Assembly (NCBI GenBank): GCA_018817085.1
Contig: JAHIUT010000038.1
Span: 9,441-73,440, forward strand
Direction: 5' to 3'
DNA: 64,000 bases
From: Patescibacteria group bacterium
Lineage (GTDB): Bacteria > Patescibacteriota > WWE3 > CG2-30-40-12
Shown here: positions 20,747 through 30,273 of the stretch, in pieces
Layout of the letters: every line of letters starts with the position of its first letter
Numbering within the stretch: the first letter of the stretch is position 1
The notes under the pieces: generated by a model
Databases searched by the model: none
Seen by the model: only the letters and a program-made list of their open reading frames with translations
What the model was told of the DNA's origin: nothing
Position numbers and translations under genes: made by a program

Positions 20747-21142
20747 ATGGAGAAAAAAAAAGTTAAAACAAGTAAAAAGAAAATAGCCAAAGTGATAACC
20801 GGGTCAGGAAGAGCTTATATTTTAGCCACTTTTAATAATACGGTTATTACCATTACCGATACAAAAGGAAATGTTATTTGTTGGGGGAGTTGCGGACATT
20901 CCGGATTTAAGGGAGCTCGTAAATCCACGCCTTATGCCGCTACCGTAGCGTGCGACAATGTTGGTAAAAAGGCTATTGAAAAAGGGGTTAGGGAAGTCGC
21001 TGTTTATATCAAAGGTCCTGGTATGGGGAGGATACCTTCTGTTAAGGCGTTAAAGGCGGCGGGTTTAAATATTACTTCTATTACGGATAAAACATCCACG
21101 CCCCATAATGGTTGCCGGCCCAGAAAGAGGAGGAGGATGTAA
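20747..21142 (+). CDS. rpsK: 30S ribosomal protein S11
   Basis: GRAYILATFNNTVITITDTKGNVICWGSCGHSGFKGARKSTPYAA. Confidence 0.93.
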   Translation: MEKKKVKTSKKKIAKVITGSGRAYILATFNNTVITITDTKGNVICWGSCGHSGFKGARKSTPYAATVACDNVGKKAIEKGVREVAVYIKGPGMGRIPSVKALKAAGLNITSITDKTSTPHNGCRPRKRRRM

Positions 21143-21144
21143 TT

Positions 21145-21750
21145 ATGACAAAAACTAGTCTTGGTCCGAAATGCAAATTGTGCAGGAGAGAAAGCGTGAA
21201 ACTTTTTTTAAAGGGCAGTAGGTGCGTAAGCGATAAATGCGCTATGGTAAGACATACGGCGGTTCCCGGTCAACATGGAACGAGAAGAAGGAGAACATCC
21301 AACTACGGGGCGCATCTTAGAGAGAAACAAAAAGTTAAAAGGATTTATGGGGTTAGTGAGAGGCAGTTTAAAAATTATTACACCGCCGCCGCCAGAAAAC
21401 AAGGGGTAACCGGTTCCTACTTATTACAGCTCCTTGAAAGGCGACTGGATAATGTGATATATAGACTTGGGCTTGCGGTAAGCAGAAGGCAGGCGCGGGT
21501 GTTGGTAAATCAAGGAAAATTTTTGCAAAATGGTAAACCTGTTAAAACCCCTTCCATTTTGGTTTTGGCAGGGGATACTATTAATATAAAAGAGGAGAAG
21601 GGTGTATTTGTTCAAGAAGACAGGGAGACTCCGCTTTGGCTTAAGTGGAACAAAAAATCAAAAGAGGGAACGGTGGTTGGACTGCCCGGTAGAGAGGACA
21701 TTGACGCGGATATAGATGAACAATTGATAGTTGAGTTTTATTCAAGGTAA
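21145..21750 (+). CDS. rpsD: 30S ribosomal protein S4 (zinc-ribbon form)
   Basis: MTKTSLGPKCKLCRRESVKLFLKGSRCVSDKC (Cys4), then LREKQKVKRIYGVSERQFKNYY. AGGAGGAGG is a Shine-Dalgarno sequence 6 nt upstream of ATG 21145. The ORF-track start at 21112 would overlap rpsK and is unlikely. Confidence 0.88.
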   Translation: MTKTSLGPKCKLCRRESVKLFLKGSRCVSDKCAMVRHTAVPGQHGTRRRRTSNYGAHLREKQKVKRIYGVSERQFKNYYTAAARKQGVTGSYLLQLLERRLDNVIYRLGLAVSRRQARVLVNQGKFLQNGKPVKTPSILVLAGDTINIKEEKGVFVQEDRETPLWLKWNKKSKEGTVVGLPGREDIDADIDEQLIVEFYSR

Positions 21751-21807
21751 TCCATCCCGATACTTTAAATATATTAAATTTAGAGTTTTTGGTGGATTAT
21801 TTTTAGT

Positions 21808-22734
21808 ATGTTTTTAACTTCGCAAGATTTGAAGATAAGAAAGGAAAAGGTAAGCAAAGCCTGCGCAAGAATAGTTATTGAACCCCTTTCTGCGGGGTAT
21901 GCCAATACTTTAGGGAATTCCCTAAGAAGAATCCTCTTATCGTCCATAAAAGGAGCGGCGCCCACACAGGTAGAAATTGATGGTGTTTCGCATCAATTTA
22001 CTTCTATAAAAGGAGTAAAGGAAGATGTTGTGGAGTTGACTTTAAATTTGAAAAGGTTGAGAGTTAAACTTTATTCGGACAAACCGGTTGTTTTAACTTT
22101 AGACCAAAAAGGACCCAAAAAAGTTAAGGCGTCTGATTTTGAATGTCCTTCGGATGCCGAAATAGTTAGCAAAGATTTGCATATAGCCACTTTGGCGGAT
22201 GCTAAATCTTGTCTTAAATTATCTCTAGTTGTGGAACCGGGTTTTGGGTATGTGCCGGCGGAAGAAAGGCAAATATCAAAAATAGGAGTTATTGTTTTGG
22301 ATAGCGTTTTTAGTCCCGTTAAATCGGTTAATTTTACGGTGGGGTCCACTCGTGTGGGGCATAAAAGCGGGTTGGATAAGCTTACTTTAGAAATTACCAC
22401 TGACGAAACGGTGGACCCGTTTGTCGCTTTTAAGGACGCCGCCACCATATTGTCGGATTTTTTTAGCAGGCTTTCCACTGGCAAAGAAAGTGTTAAGGAG
22501 GAGCCTAAAGTTGAGGAGTCTTCTGCGCAAAACAGTCCCAACTACGAACCAAGTGATGTAATGATAGAAGAACTTCATTTGCCCACAAGAACCATAAACG
22601 CTCTTAGAAAGTCGGGTATTAAGACATTGGAAGATTTAACCAAATTGTCCAAGGACAACCTCTCCCAGATTAGGAATTTGGGTGAAAAATCTATAATTGA
22701 GATAGGAAAACTCTTGGAGAAAGAAGGGCTTTAA
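21808..22734 (+). CDS. rpoA: DNA-directed RNA polymerase subunit alpha
   Basis: N-terminal dimerisation domain (ARIVIEPLSAGYANTLGNSLRRILLSSIKGAAPT) and C-terminal alpha-CTD HhH (LPTRTINALRKSGIKTLEDL). Confidence 0.92.
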   Translation: MFLTSQDLKIRKEKVSKACARIVIEPLSAGYANTLGNSLRRILLSSIKGAAPTQVEIDGVSHQFTSIKGVKEDVVELTLNLKRLRVKLYSDKPVVLTLDQKGPKKVKASDFECPSDAEIVSKDLHIATLADAKSCLKLSLVVEPGFGYVPAEERQISKIGVIVLDSVFSPVKSVNFTVGSTRVGHKSGLDKLTLEITTDETVDPFVAFKDAATILSDFFSRLSTGKESVKEEPKVEESSAQNSPNYEPSDVMIEELHLPTRTINALRKSGIKTLEDLTKLSKDNLSQIRNLGEKSIIEIGKLLEKEGL

Positions 22735-22739
22735 GAAAA

Positions 22740-23168
22740 ATGAGGCATAGAGTTAAAAGAACGCATTTGAATAGGGATTATGATCATAGACGAGCTTTGC
22801 TTAAAAACCTTGTTAGGTCTTTTGTGATTAATGGTTTTATTAAAACCACAAAACCCAAAGCGGTATTTTTAAGACCAAAAGTGGAACGGTTAGTGAGATG
22901 GGCAAAAAAGGGGGATGTTAACGCAAGGAGAAAACTTTTGGCGGATATACCCGATGGCAAGATAGTATCCAAATTTATTGAAGACGCCAAAGTTTTTAAA
23001 GACAAGCAAGGTGGGTACACAAAAATGGTTAATTTAGGCACTCGCCTTGGGGACAGGGCTAGTATGGTTAAGTTGGAATGGTCAAAAATGCCAAAAAAAG
23101 AGGTATCTGTTAAAAAAGAGGAAGAAGTGGAGGGTAAAAAAATTAAAAAGGAAGTTAAAGACAAATGA
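22740..23168 (+). CDS. rplQ: 50S ribosomal protein L17 with K/E-rich C-terminal extension
   Basis: MRHRVKRTHLNRDYDHRRALLKNLVRSFVINGFIKTTKPKA. Confidence 0.9.
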   Translation: MRHRVKRTHLNRDYDHRRALLKNLVRSFVINGFIKTTKPKAVFLRPKVERLVRWAKKGDVNARRKLLADIPDGKIVSKFIEDAKVFKDKQGGYTKMVNLGTRLGDRASMVKLEWSKMPKKEVSVKKEEEVEGKKIKKEVKDK

Positions 23169-23584
23169 AAGGACAAACAAAAGCGGTAAAAAAGAAGGAT
23201 ATAAAAGTGAAATGGCATTTAATTAATGCCGAGGGGTTTGTTATGGGAAGACTAGCTTCCGACATAGCTCAAATTTTGGCAGGAAAAAATAAAACCGATT
23301 TTTCGTTTAATCAAAATTGCGGAGATAAAGTGGTGGTTATTAATGTTTCCAAGATTGTTCTTTCGGGGGGCAAAGAAAAGAAGAAAAAGTATTATCGTCA
23401 CACGGGTTTTATGGGGGGTTTAAAAGAGGAATCTTACGAAAAATTAGTTTTGAGAAAGCCTACCGAAGCTTTGTTTCGGGCTGTGAGAGGAATGCTTCCT
23501 GTTAACAGGTTAAGGAGGGAACGGCTTAACAATCTGTATTTATATGTTGATGAAAAGCATCCTCATACCAATATTAGTAAGTAA
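23165..23584 (+). CDS. rplM: 50S ribosomal protein L13
   Basis: WHLINAEGFVMGRLASDIAQIL... 4-nt overlap with rplQ. Confidence 0.9.
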   Translation: MKGQTKAVKKKDIKVKWHLINAEGFVMGRLASDIAQILAGKNKTDFSFNQNCGDKVVVINVSKIVLSGGKEKKKKYYRHTGFMGGLKEESYEKLVLRKPTEALFRAVRGMLPVNRLRRERLNNLYLYVDEKHPHTNISK

Positions 23585-23586
23585 TT

Positions 23587-24000
23587 ATGCCTAAAAAAAT
23601 AGAAAAAAAATTTTATAGCGGAACAGGAAAAAGAAAAAGAGCGGTTGCGGCGGTGTGGCTTTACGACAAAAAAGGAGATATAACAATAAACGGAAAACCT
23701 GTGGAAGAATGTTTTAAAACAGAAAAGGAAAAGTTGGTTTGGGTAAAACCCTTTCATACTGTTGGAGTTGCCCACCCTACCGCTAAATTCAGCGCCACGG
23801 TAAAACTTTTTGGAGGCGGAAAAACCTCGCAAGTAGAGGCTTTGGCTTTGGGTATTTCTAAAGCTTTAATTTCCTACAATGAAGAATTTAGGGCAAAGCT
23901 TAGAAACGCAGGTCTCTTAACAAGGGATTCCCGTGCGGTTGAGAGCAAAAAGTATTACAAACGCAAGGCGCGCAAAAAACAACAGTATTCAAAGAGGTAA
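23587..24000 (+). CDS. rpsI: 30S ribosomal protein S9
   Basis: YSGTGKRKRAVAAVWL...LTRDSRAVESKKYYKRKARKKQQYSKR. Confidence 0.92.
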   Translation: MPKKIEKKFYSGTGKRKRAVAAVWLYDKKGDITINGKPVEECFKTEKEKLVWVKPFHTVGVAHPTAKFSATVKLFGGGKTSQVEALALGISKALISYNEEFRAKLRNAGLLTRDSRAVESKKYYKRKARKKQQYSKR

Positions 24001-24067
24001 AATTTTAATTGTTTCATTGTTATATTGTTGTATTGTTAAAATTTTTATGAGAGTTTTTATATCTTTT

Positions 24068-25282
24068 CTAGGGTGTGGGGAGGTTTTTGTTGGGAGAGCT
24101 TTCAGGGAGGTTTTGGACTTTATTTAGTTTTCGTTCTATTGTCCTTGACTTTGAGCTGGCGGATTCTATGGTATGGGAGGCTTCTTCCAATTTTTTATGC
24201 GTTTTGTCCAAAAGGTCGGCAAAAATCCCAAACTCGGTTTTAATTGAACCTAAAAGTTCCCAAACAATACTTGTCCTTTTTTCAATTGCCAAAGTTCTAA
24301 ACCCCATTTGCAAACTGTTCAACATTGCTGATATGGTGGTTGGTCCCGCAACAGACACGCGGTACACTCTTTGAATTTTGTCGGCGAGCCCTGCGATACT
24401 TAATACTTCGGCAAAAAGTCCTTCGGTTGGAAGATACAAAATACCATAATCCGTAGTATGCGGGGGGTCTATGTATTTTTCTTTAATGGTTTTGGCTTCT
24501 TCTTTTATTCTATTTTCTAAGGCTTTGGTTAGTTGTTCTATAAGGAAAATATCCGCTTTATCTTTTGCCACTTGGATTTTTTGGTAATCTTCCAGCGGAA
24601 ATTTAGCGTCTATTGGGAGATATACGAAGGAATTTTCTTCACCTCTTCCCGGCATTTTTATGGCGAATTCCACTCTTTCGTTACTACCTTTTTTAGTGGC
24701 GACATTCTTTTCGTATTGGTCGGAGGTTAATATCTGGGACAACAAATTTTCTAATTGCACTTCGCCCCAAACTCCTCTGGTTTTTATATTGGACAAAACC
24801 TTTTTTAAATCGCCCACGCCTGATGCCAAAGTTTGCATTTCCCCAAGACCTTTATAGACTTGTTCCAGTTGGTTACTTACAAGTTTAAATTTTTCGCCAA
24901 GCCGTTTCTCCAGAGTTTCGTGCAGTTTCTCGTCCACGGTGGCGCGCATTTTTTCAAGCTTTTCGCTGTTGTCTTTTTGTATAGTCTCAAGTCTTTTTTC
25001 TATAATATCCCCCAAGCCTTTGAATAGGTTTGAGATTTCTTCCCTGATTCTCTTTTCATTGTCCGAAGATTCTGTTCTGTTTAGTTTTATTTCATCCCTA
25101 ACGGTTTTTTCGGTTCTTTCCTGAAGTTTTTCTAAATTGGATAAACTTTGCTCAACGCTATACCCGTCCTTTTTTTTAGTTGTTAGATAAAACAGAAGCG
25201 CTAGATTAATAAGGCTTATGATTGTTAATAGGATTGTTTCTACCGGCATAGATTTATTATAGCAAGATAACTCTATTTTCAA
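24068..25282 (-). CDS. rmuC: DNA recombination protein RmuC
   Basis: N-terminal TM, a long coiled-coil, and a C-terminal RmuC nuclease-like domain with VYLPIDAKFPLEDYQKI. The true start is possibly MPVETILL. Confidence 0.75.
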   Translation of the reverse strand: MKIELSCYNKSMPVETILLTIISLINLALLFYLTTKKKDGYSVEQSLSNLEKLQERTEKTVRDEIKLNRTESSDNEKRIREEISNLFKGLGDIIEKRLETIQKDNSEKLEKMRATVDEKLHETLEKRLGEKFKLVSNQLEQVYKGLGEMQTLASGVGDLKKVLSNIKTRGVWGEVQLENLLSQILTSDQYEKNVATKKGSNERVEFAIKMPGRGEENSFVYLPIDAKFPLEDYQKIQVAKDKADIFLIEQLTKALENRIKEEAKTIKEKYIDPPHTTDYGILYLPTEGLFAEVLSIAGLADKIQRVYRVSVAGPTTISAMLNSLQMGFRTLAIEKRTSIVWELLGSIKTEFGIFADLLDKTHKKLEEASHTIESASSKSRTIERKLNKVQNLPESSPNKNLPTP

Positions 25283-25360
25283 CAGAGGTTTTTCCTAATA
25301 AGGTAATACTTGAATGCAGGTATTGACAGTTGGTAACTTGTTACTTATAATAGGGGAGTT

Positions 25361-25597
25361 ATGAAAGAGTACATTACTACAGTAACTCAAAAAGGGCAGG
25401 TTACCATTCCTAAAATTTTAAGGGACGCTGTTGGAATTGAAACATATAAAAAAGTTTCTGTTAAGTCCAAAGGTAAATATATTTTTATTTACCCTAATAA
25501 AGATATATTGGATATTGCGGGAAAAATTAAAACGCAAAATAAAAAACCCGCGTTATTGGCAAGGGAATATTTAGAGAAAGGATATGAAAGAAATTAA
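25361..25597 (+). CDS. vapB: AbrB/SpoVT-domain antitoxin (VapB-like)
   Basis: TVTQKGQVTIPKILRDAVGIE is a swapped-hairpin AbrB motif. It lies immediately upstream of, and overlaps by 14 nt with, a PIN-domain gene. Confidence 0.6.
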   Translation: MKEYITTVTQKGQVTIPKILRDAVGIETYKKVSVKSKGKYIFIYPNKDILDIAGKIKTQNKKPALLAREYLEKGYERN

Positions 25598-26027
25598 TAC
25601 ATACTTTATTGACACCAATGTTTTTTTAAGAACCCTTATAAAGGAAGATAAGAACACTTTTAATGATTGTTTAGCCTTTTTTGAGAAAGTTAAAAACAAC
25701 AAATGCAAAGCGGTGACGGCAAGTATTGTTATTGCGGAGGTTGTATGGACGCTTTTATCTTTTTACAAAGTTTCCAAATCCGAAGTGATTATGGCGGTTA
25801 ATTCAATTAAAAATATGCGGGGGTTATCCATCATAGACGGTTATGATATAAAAACCGCTTTACAACTATTTGAGGATAACAATGTAAAATTTATTGATTG
25901 TATGATAGCGTCCACAAAAAGTGTTTCTAAAGACAAAATAACAATAGTTTCGTTTGACAAGGATTTTGATAAATTAGGAATTGCCAGAAAAGAACCGAAA
26001 CAGATAGCTTCTGTTTTATCTCTATAA
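25584..26027 (+). CDS. vapC: PIN-domain ribonuclease toxin (VapC-like)
   Basis: YFIDTNVFLRTL (first acidic residue) plus downstream D/E residues (IIDGYD; FDKDFDKLG). 147 aa. Confidence 0.7.
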   Translation: MKEINTYFIDTNVFLRTLIKEDKNTFNDCLAFFEKVKNNKCKAVTASIVIAEVVWTLLSFYKVSKSEVIMAVNSIKNMRGLSIIDGYDIKTALQLFEDNNVKFIDCMIASTKSVSKDKITIVSFDKDFDKLGIARKEPKQIASVLSL

Positions 26028-26113
26028 TCAAAAACACACCATTCCAAAAACAACCCGTCTACATGGGCAATATTTTTAAGCAGATTTTCTGTCATAGTTA
26101 AAATTATTGGAAT

Positions 26114-27181
26114 TTAATTGCAAACTACATAATGTAAATATTCGATTGTTTTGTTTGCTGTGTAGTCTCTATTTTCTGACTTATCGGCTTTAAACCTGTT
26201 ATATTCTTTCGTAAAATTTCCATATTTGCCCCGCAGGCTCATTATTTCCTTAATATCGTCCAAAGTCATCAAACCCTCGTTGTTATAGCTCAAAAAAATG
26301 TATTTTGCTTTTACCTTTAAAATCAAATCTTCAAATGTTTTTTTAACTTGGGGTACCGAACAGTAAAGCGATTTTTGATTTTGGTAGCTACGCAATCCTG
26401 TTTTTCCGTGAATTTCGGGATTGTCATATCTTGCAATAGTTTCGAGCAGGTGATAATTTGTAGCATATTGTCTATGATTATAGGGAGGGTCCAAATACAC
26501 AATGTCCCCGTTAACTTTTTCAGCCACAATATTTACATCCTCATTAAAAACCTTGTGTTTTCTGTCATTGATTATTAGTTCAGCTGGTTTCAAAACCAAA
26601 GTATTTTGAGCAGTCCTCTTTAGTTTTTTTAGGAAGGCCCCGTAAACAGAAGCTGTGTTTGCGTGTTTATCCACTGACTCCACCAAACTTGCAATCAAAA
26701 AATAGTATTCGTTTTCGGAAATCCGCTTTTCTTTTTTCCAGTTTTCAATTTTTTGGCGGATGTCATCACACAACATTCCGTTTTTATCAGAGAAATATTG
26801 CCGTTGCTCTTTTTCATCTTTTGTCCCTCCAAGGCAGTAATTTTTGTAAATAAATCCTTTCTTGCCTTTTAAGAGTGAAAGATAATCACAAACAAATCTT
26901 TTCCGATTCTTTATTTCAATATTTTTTAATTCGGGAATTTTCTTTCCGAGTTTTGAAAAAAACAACTCTTTGTGATTGCCGATGTAGTGTCTATTTAAAA
27001 CATAACTGTAATATTGAATGTCATTTGCGATTATTTTATAACCCCTTTTCTTGAAATAACTTCCAACGATTCCTGTTCCCGCAAACAGGTCACAAAAAGT
27101 AGCACAGTTTTTATCTACTACTTTGTTTATTGAATCTTCCAAAAATTCTAACAATGATAATTTACTGCCGATATAATTCAT
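26114..27181 (-). CDS. Dam-family (D12/alpha-class) N6-adenine DNA methyltransferase
   Basis: Motif X/I region MNYIGSKLSLL...FAGTGIV and motif IV VYLDPPYNHRQY. The order X-I...IV is the Dam/DpnM/MboIA architecture. Confidence 0.8.
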   Translation of the reverse strand: MNYIGSKLSLLEFLEDSINKVVDKNCATFCDLFAGTGIVGSYFKKRGYKIIANDIQYYSYVLNRHYIGNHKELFFSKLGKKIPELKNIEIKNRKRFVCDYLSLLKGKKGFIYKNYCLGGTKDEKEQRQYFSDKNGMLCDDIRQKIENWKKEKRISENEYYFLIASLVESVDKHANTASVYGAFLKKLKRTAQNTLVLKPAELIINDRKHKVFNEDVNIVAEKVNGDIVYLDPPYNHRQYATNYHLLETIARYDNPEIHGKTGLRSYQNQKSLYCSVPQVKKTFEDLILKVKAKYIFLSYNNEGLMTLDDIKEIMSLRGKYGNFTKEYNRFKADKSENRDYTANKTIEYLHYVVCN

Positions 27182-27185
27182 AATT

Positions 27186-28085
27186 TTAATTATGCAATAA
27201 GATTACAAAGCAAGGTGCTTTGTAATTTTTCTCGCCTTGAATTTTATGCTTATAAGCAAAATTGATTTCAAGTGGATTATCTAAATCGGTTTTATTTATA
27301 ATCTTTCTTATTTTCTCAATTGAAACATCCTCGTCAATATAAACAACTAGTAATCTTGGGTCGGCTCCAAATCTACCCTCGTCTTGATGTTTGTAAAGAT
27401 ATTCCGCAACAAGCTCCGGTTTGTTAATTGCTGTTTCGCGCCATTTATCTTTGAAATGTCTTTTGAACTCGTCGGTTGGACTTTTTGCAACCTTTTGATC
27501 AAAAGAAATTCCATTGATGAAAAAATCCACACCTCGCCTATGATTCAATGTCGGCAAAATATTGCTATTTTTTTCGAAAATCAATGTTTCTATAAAATCA
27601 TTTCTAACAGTGTTGATTTCCTTTATTCGTCTATATTTTACAGCGGCGACTCTTACTTTTTCATCTTTAACAAATCCATTTTCTTTCTCAGAATTCACTC
27701 TTTGCACAAAGTCATCAAAAGCTCCTTGCGAAAAAGGCCACGCAATATAGCCCAATTTCAATGATCTCCATTCCTTAATAAGCACATCCATTGCGCTGTC
27801 GGCCTCTTTCCCGCTTTTATATTTTTCAGTCTCTTTAAAAATACTCCTGATTACTTTTTTGCTTGCCTCATAATTCCAGCTATCAACAACGGCTTTCCAA
27901 AGTTCCTTTGTATCTAAATCCAAAACCTTTTTACCAGCATTCTGTCCTCGACTAATAGTTCTAAATTTTAGAGAGGGTACCTGTTTTATATAATTTAAGC
28001 GCAATAAATATTCCGTTGCCTTTTCTTGGCTACCAATAATTTTGTGCGCCAAATCCTCTGATAATTTTGATTTAATGTATTCCAT
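27186..28085 (-). CDS. Putative restriction endonuclease/effector of unit A (uncharacterised family; homologous to 30257..31354)
   Basis: Candidate PD-(D/E)xK core GVDFFINGISFDQKV. It aligns by eye with the 30257..31354 protein (VDFFIGDIPFDLKV; LVAEYLYKHQDEGRFGADPRLLVVYIDED versus LIKWLYEKQGERRFDAANRLFLVLIDKNN). Tight operon with MTases on both sides. Confidence 0.45.
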   Translation of the reverse strand: MEYIKSKLSEDLAHKIIGSQEKATEYLLRLNYIKQVPSLKFRTISRGQNAGKKVLDLDTKELWKAVVDSWNYEASKKVIRSIFKETEKYKSGKEADSAMDVLIKEWRSLKLGYIAWPFSQGAFDDFVQRVNSEKENGFVKDEKVRVAAVKYRRIKEINTVRNDFIETLIFEKNSNILPTLNHRRGVDFFINGISFDQKVAKSPTDEFKRHFKDKWRETAINKPELVAEYLYKHQDEGRFGADPRLLVVYIDEDVSIEKIRKIINKTDLDNPLEINFAYKHKIQGEKNYKAPCFVILLHN

Positions 28086-28087
28086 AA

Positions 28088-28870
28088 TTATTTTTTGAAA
28101 ATTAAAATATACTCGTGCTTAAAAATATAATAATCGCTGGATAATGCTCTATATCTCCATATTGCCTCTTTATTTTGTTTAGCTCTATTACCGCTCATAT
28201 TTTTAATTATAATACTTTTTAGCGTAAGCCCCAACTTTTTAGCTTCATCTAAGCAATAAAATCCTAATGGGACCCATTTACTTTGTGTATATTTATCACC
28301 AATAACGATTGCCAAATACCTGTCGTCATCTAAAATTTCAATGGTGTTTTTCAAAACCAGTGAAAACTTTTCTAAGAACTCTTTAAGTGATTTGGCATTT
28401 GATAGATCATCTTTCAAGTTGCTAAATTTAATAATATCAGCATAGGGGGGGTGCAAAATTGCTAATTGCACCTTTGTCCTTTGCTTTTTATTTAATACTT
28501 GGGCTATGCCAAAAAAAGTATTTTTGTCAGCACTATCTCCAGAAATAAGTTCTGCAAAGTAACTTTTGTTATCTACCTTGTTTTTAATGTGATTTATAAG
28601 TTCCGGTTGGATATCAACACCAACAAAATTTCTGCCCAAACTTTCGGCCTCATACGCGGTCGTTCCACTTCCGACAAATGGATCAAAAACAACATCGTTT
28701 TTCTTTGTGTACCGTAAAATTAATTGACGAGGAATTTGCGGGACAAAATTGCCATGATAAAAGCCGTCGTGTTTTCCTGATTTATCTCGTTCCGGTATAA
28801 TCCATAAACTATCCGTCCAAATTTCGGTATTTTTCCAATCCGCTAAATTTATATCATTGAAGTTTGGCAT
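28088..28870 (-). CDS. DNA methyltransferase (motif I DPFVGSGTT then motif IV HPPYAD), second MTase of unit A
   Basis: FDPFVGSGTTAYEAESLG followed by LAILHPPYADIIKF. 3-nt spacing to the downstream gene. Confidence 0.75.
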   Translation of the reverse strand: MPNFNDINLADWKNTEIWTDSLWIIPERDKSGKHDGFYHGNFVPQIPRQLILRYTKKNDVVFDPFVGSGTTAYEAESLGRNFVGVDIQPELINHIKNKVDNKSYFAELISGDSADKNTFFGIAQVLNKKQRTKVQLAILHPPYADIIKFSNLKDDLSNAKSLKEFLEKFSLVLKNTIEILDDDRYLAIVIGDKYTQSKWVPLGFYCLDEAKKLGLTLKSIIIKNMSGNRAKQNKEAIWRYRALSSDYYIFKHEYILIFKK

Positions 28871-29049
28871 GATTTTTTTATTAAATCCTCAACAATTCCA
28901 TTTAATTTCAAACTCGCCTTTTCCATGTGCGGGGAAATTTTAACGCCTTAATCTTTGTAAATTATACCATTTATTTGTGGGGGGAGTTGAAGTTTCATAC
29001 ATAGTGGGCTGACCCCAAAATATTAAAATGCATAAAGGAATATCCTCCT

Positions 29050-29077
29050 TTGCCCTTCGATTCTGGCTCGCCTTCGC
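29050..29077 (+). repeat. 28-bp perfect direct repeat, copy A (TTGCCCTTCGATTCTGGCTCGCCTTCGC)
   Basis: Identical 28-mer at 32489..32516. A short CCTCCT is also shared just upstream of both copies. Confidence 0.9.
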
Positions 29078-29115
29078 CGCCGCAATTTTTCGTGCCAACA
29101 AAGTTGGCGCGCCGC

Positions 29116-30273
29116 CTAAATCTTACTGAATTCTATCAAACTTTTTCGGTATATTTCAAATATCTTTGGAATTGTATCTATGTTTATCCATTCGTTTGGT
29201 GCGTGAACATTATTACTATCCACGCCGAAAGCGTTAATGATCGGGATATTAAGTTTACTGATAACATTTCCTATGCTTCCTTGACCGCTCGCGACAAGCG
29301 AAATTTCTTGGTCTAAAACTTCGCTTGCAGTATTTTTCAAAATTTGTACGAAAGAATTTTTGGAATCGGTTAGATATGCCTGTTCATGCTGTAAAATTTC
29401 TAAATTATGCTGGACTTTTAACTCATCCAGCTTTGCTTTTATTATGTCCAAAACTTCGTCTTTTGTTTGCGACGGAAGTAAACGAATATCTATATTTGCT
29501 TCGCACTTATCCGGCACAATATTGATTGCCACCCCGCCGTTGATTTGAGAAATATTGAGCGATGAGCCAAATTCAAAAAACGGTTCCGTTTTTTGGTCAA
29601 GATTTAGAGAAGTTATTACATTGATAACTTTACCCATTGCATGAATTGCGTTTATTCCTTTATTCGTTCTGCTTCCTGTGTGTGCCGATTTGCCAAGAAT
29701 AGTAATTTTGATTCGTAGCCAACCACGAGCACCGATTGAGATTTCATTTATTCCTTGATAGCCGAGAATACAAGTATCGGCTTTCGGTGCATGTTTAATA
29801 ACTTCTTTAACTCCAGTAAAATTTCCTGTTTGTTCATCTGCGTCAAAGCCAAGAAAAAACGAGGCATTAAAATTTTTATCTTCGGACAGTTCTTTTACGA
29901 GATGACAAAATAAAGCGATTGCAATTTTTGAATCTGCCGTGCCTCGGCCATACATTTTGTTGTCGATGATTTTTGCCTCAAAAGGCGGATGTTCCCATTT
30001 TTCGACATCGCCAGCCGGAACAGTATCCAAACAACTTTCAAGCCAAATTGTTTTAGATGGGTTTTCTTTTTTAATATGACAGATAACAGACGGGTGCTCT
30101 TTTGGTCCAATAATTTCGGGCTTAAAACCAAAACTTTTCAGCTTGTCAAAAACCAAATTAGCAATGCCGCTTTCCGAATCAATAAAATTCTGCGACGGCA
30201 TCGCAACCAATTTTTGCGTAAATTCAATAATTTGTTTAGTAATATTATCCATATTTTTAATCTTTAACGACAA
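29116..30273 (-). CDS. M20-family metallopeptidase (ArgE/DapE-like deacylase)
   Basis: GRGTADSK metal-binding motif and HxD-type region (HAPNEW). 385 aa, typical M20 two-domain size. Confidence 0.65.
   Translation of the reverse strand: MSLKIKNMDNITKQIIEFTQKLVAMPSQNFIDSESGIANLVFDKLKSFGFKPEIIGPKEHPSVICHIKKENPSKTIWLESCLDTVPAGDVEKWEHPPFEAKIIDNKMYGRGTADSKIAIALFCHLVKELSEDKNFNASFFLGFDADEQTGNFTGVKEVIKHAPKADTCILGYQGINEISIGARGWLRIKITILGKSAHTGSRTNKGINAIHAMGKVINVITSLNLDQKTEPFFEFGSSLNISQINGGVAINIVPDKCEANIDIRLLPSQTKDEVLDIIKAKLDELKVQHNLEILQHEQAYLTDSKNSFVQILKNTASEVLDQEISLVASGQGSIGNVISKLNIPIINAFGVDSNNVHAPNEWINIDTIPKIFEIYRKSLIEFSKI

Noticed and set aside
22784-23218. 144-aa minus-strand ORF overlapping rplQ/rplM
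   Set aside because: It is antisense to conserved ribosomal protein genes. Spurious.
29050-29316. 88-aa plus-strand ORF starting within the 28-bp direct repeat
   Set aside because: It overlaps the repeat and the 3' end of the M20 peptidase on the opposite strand. Likely non-coding.
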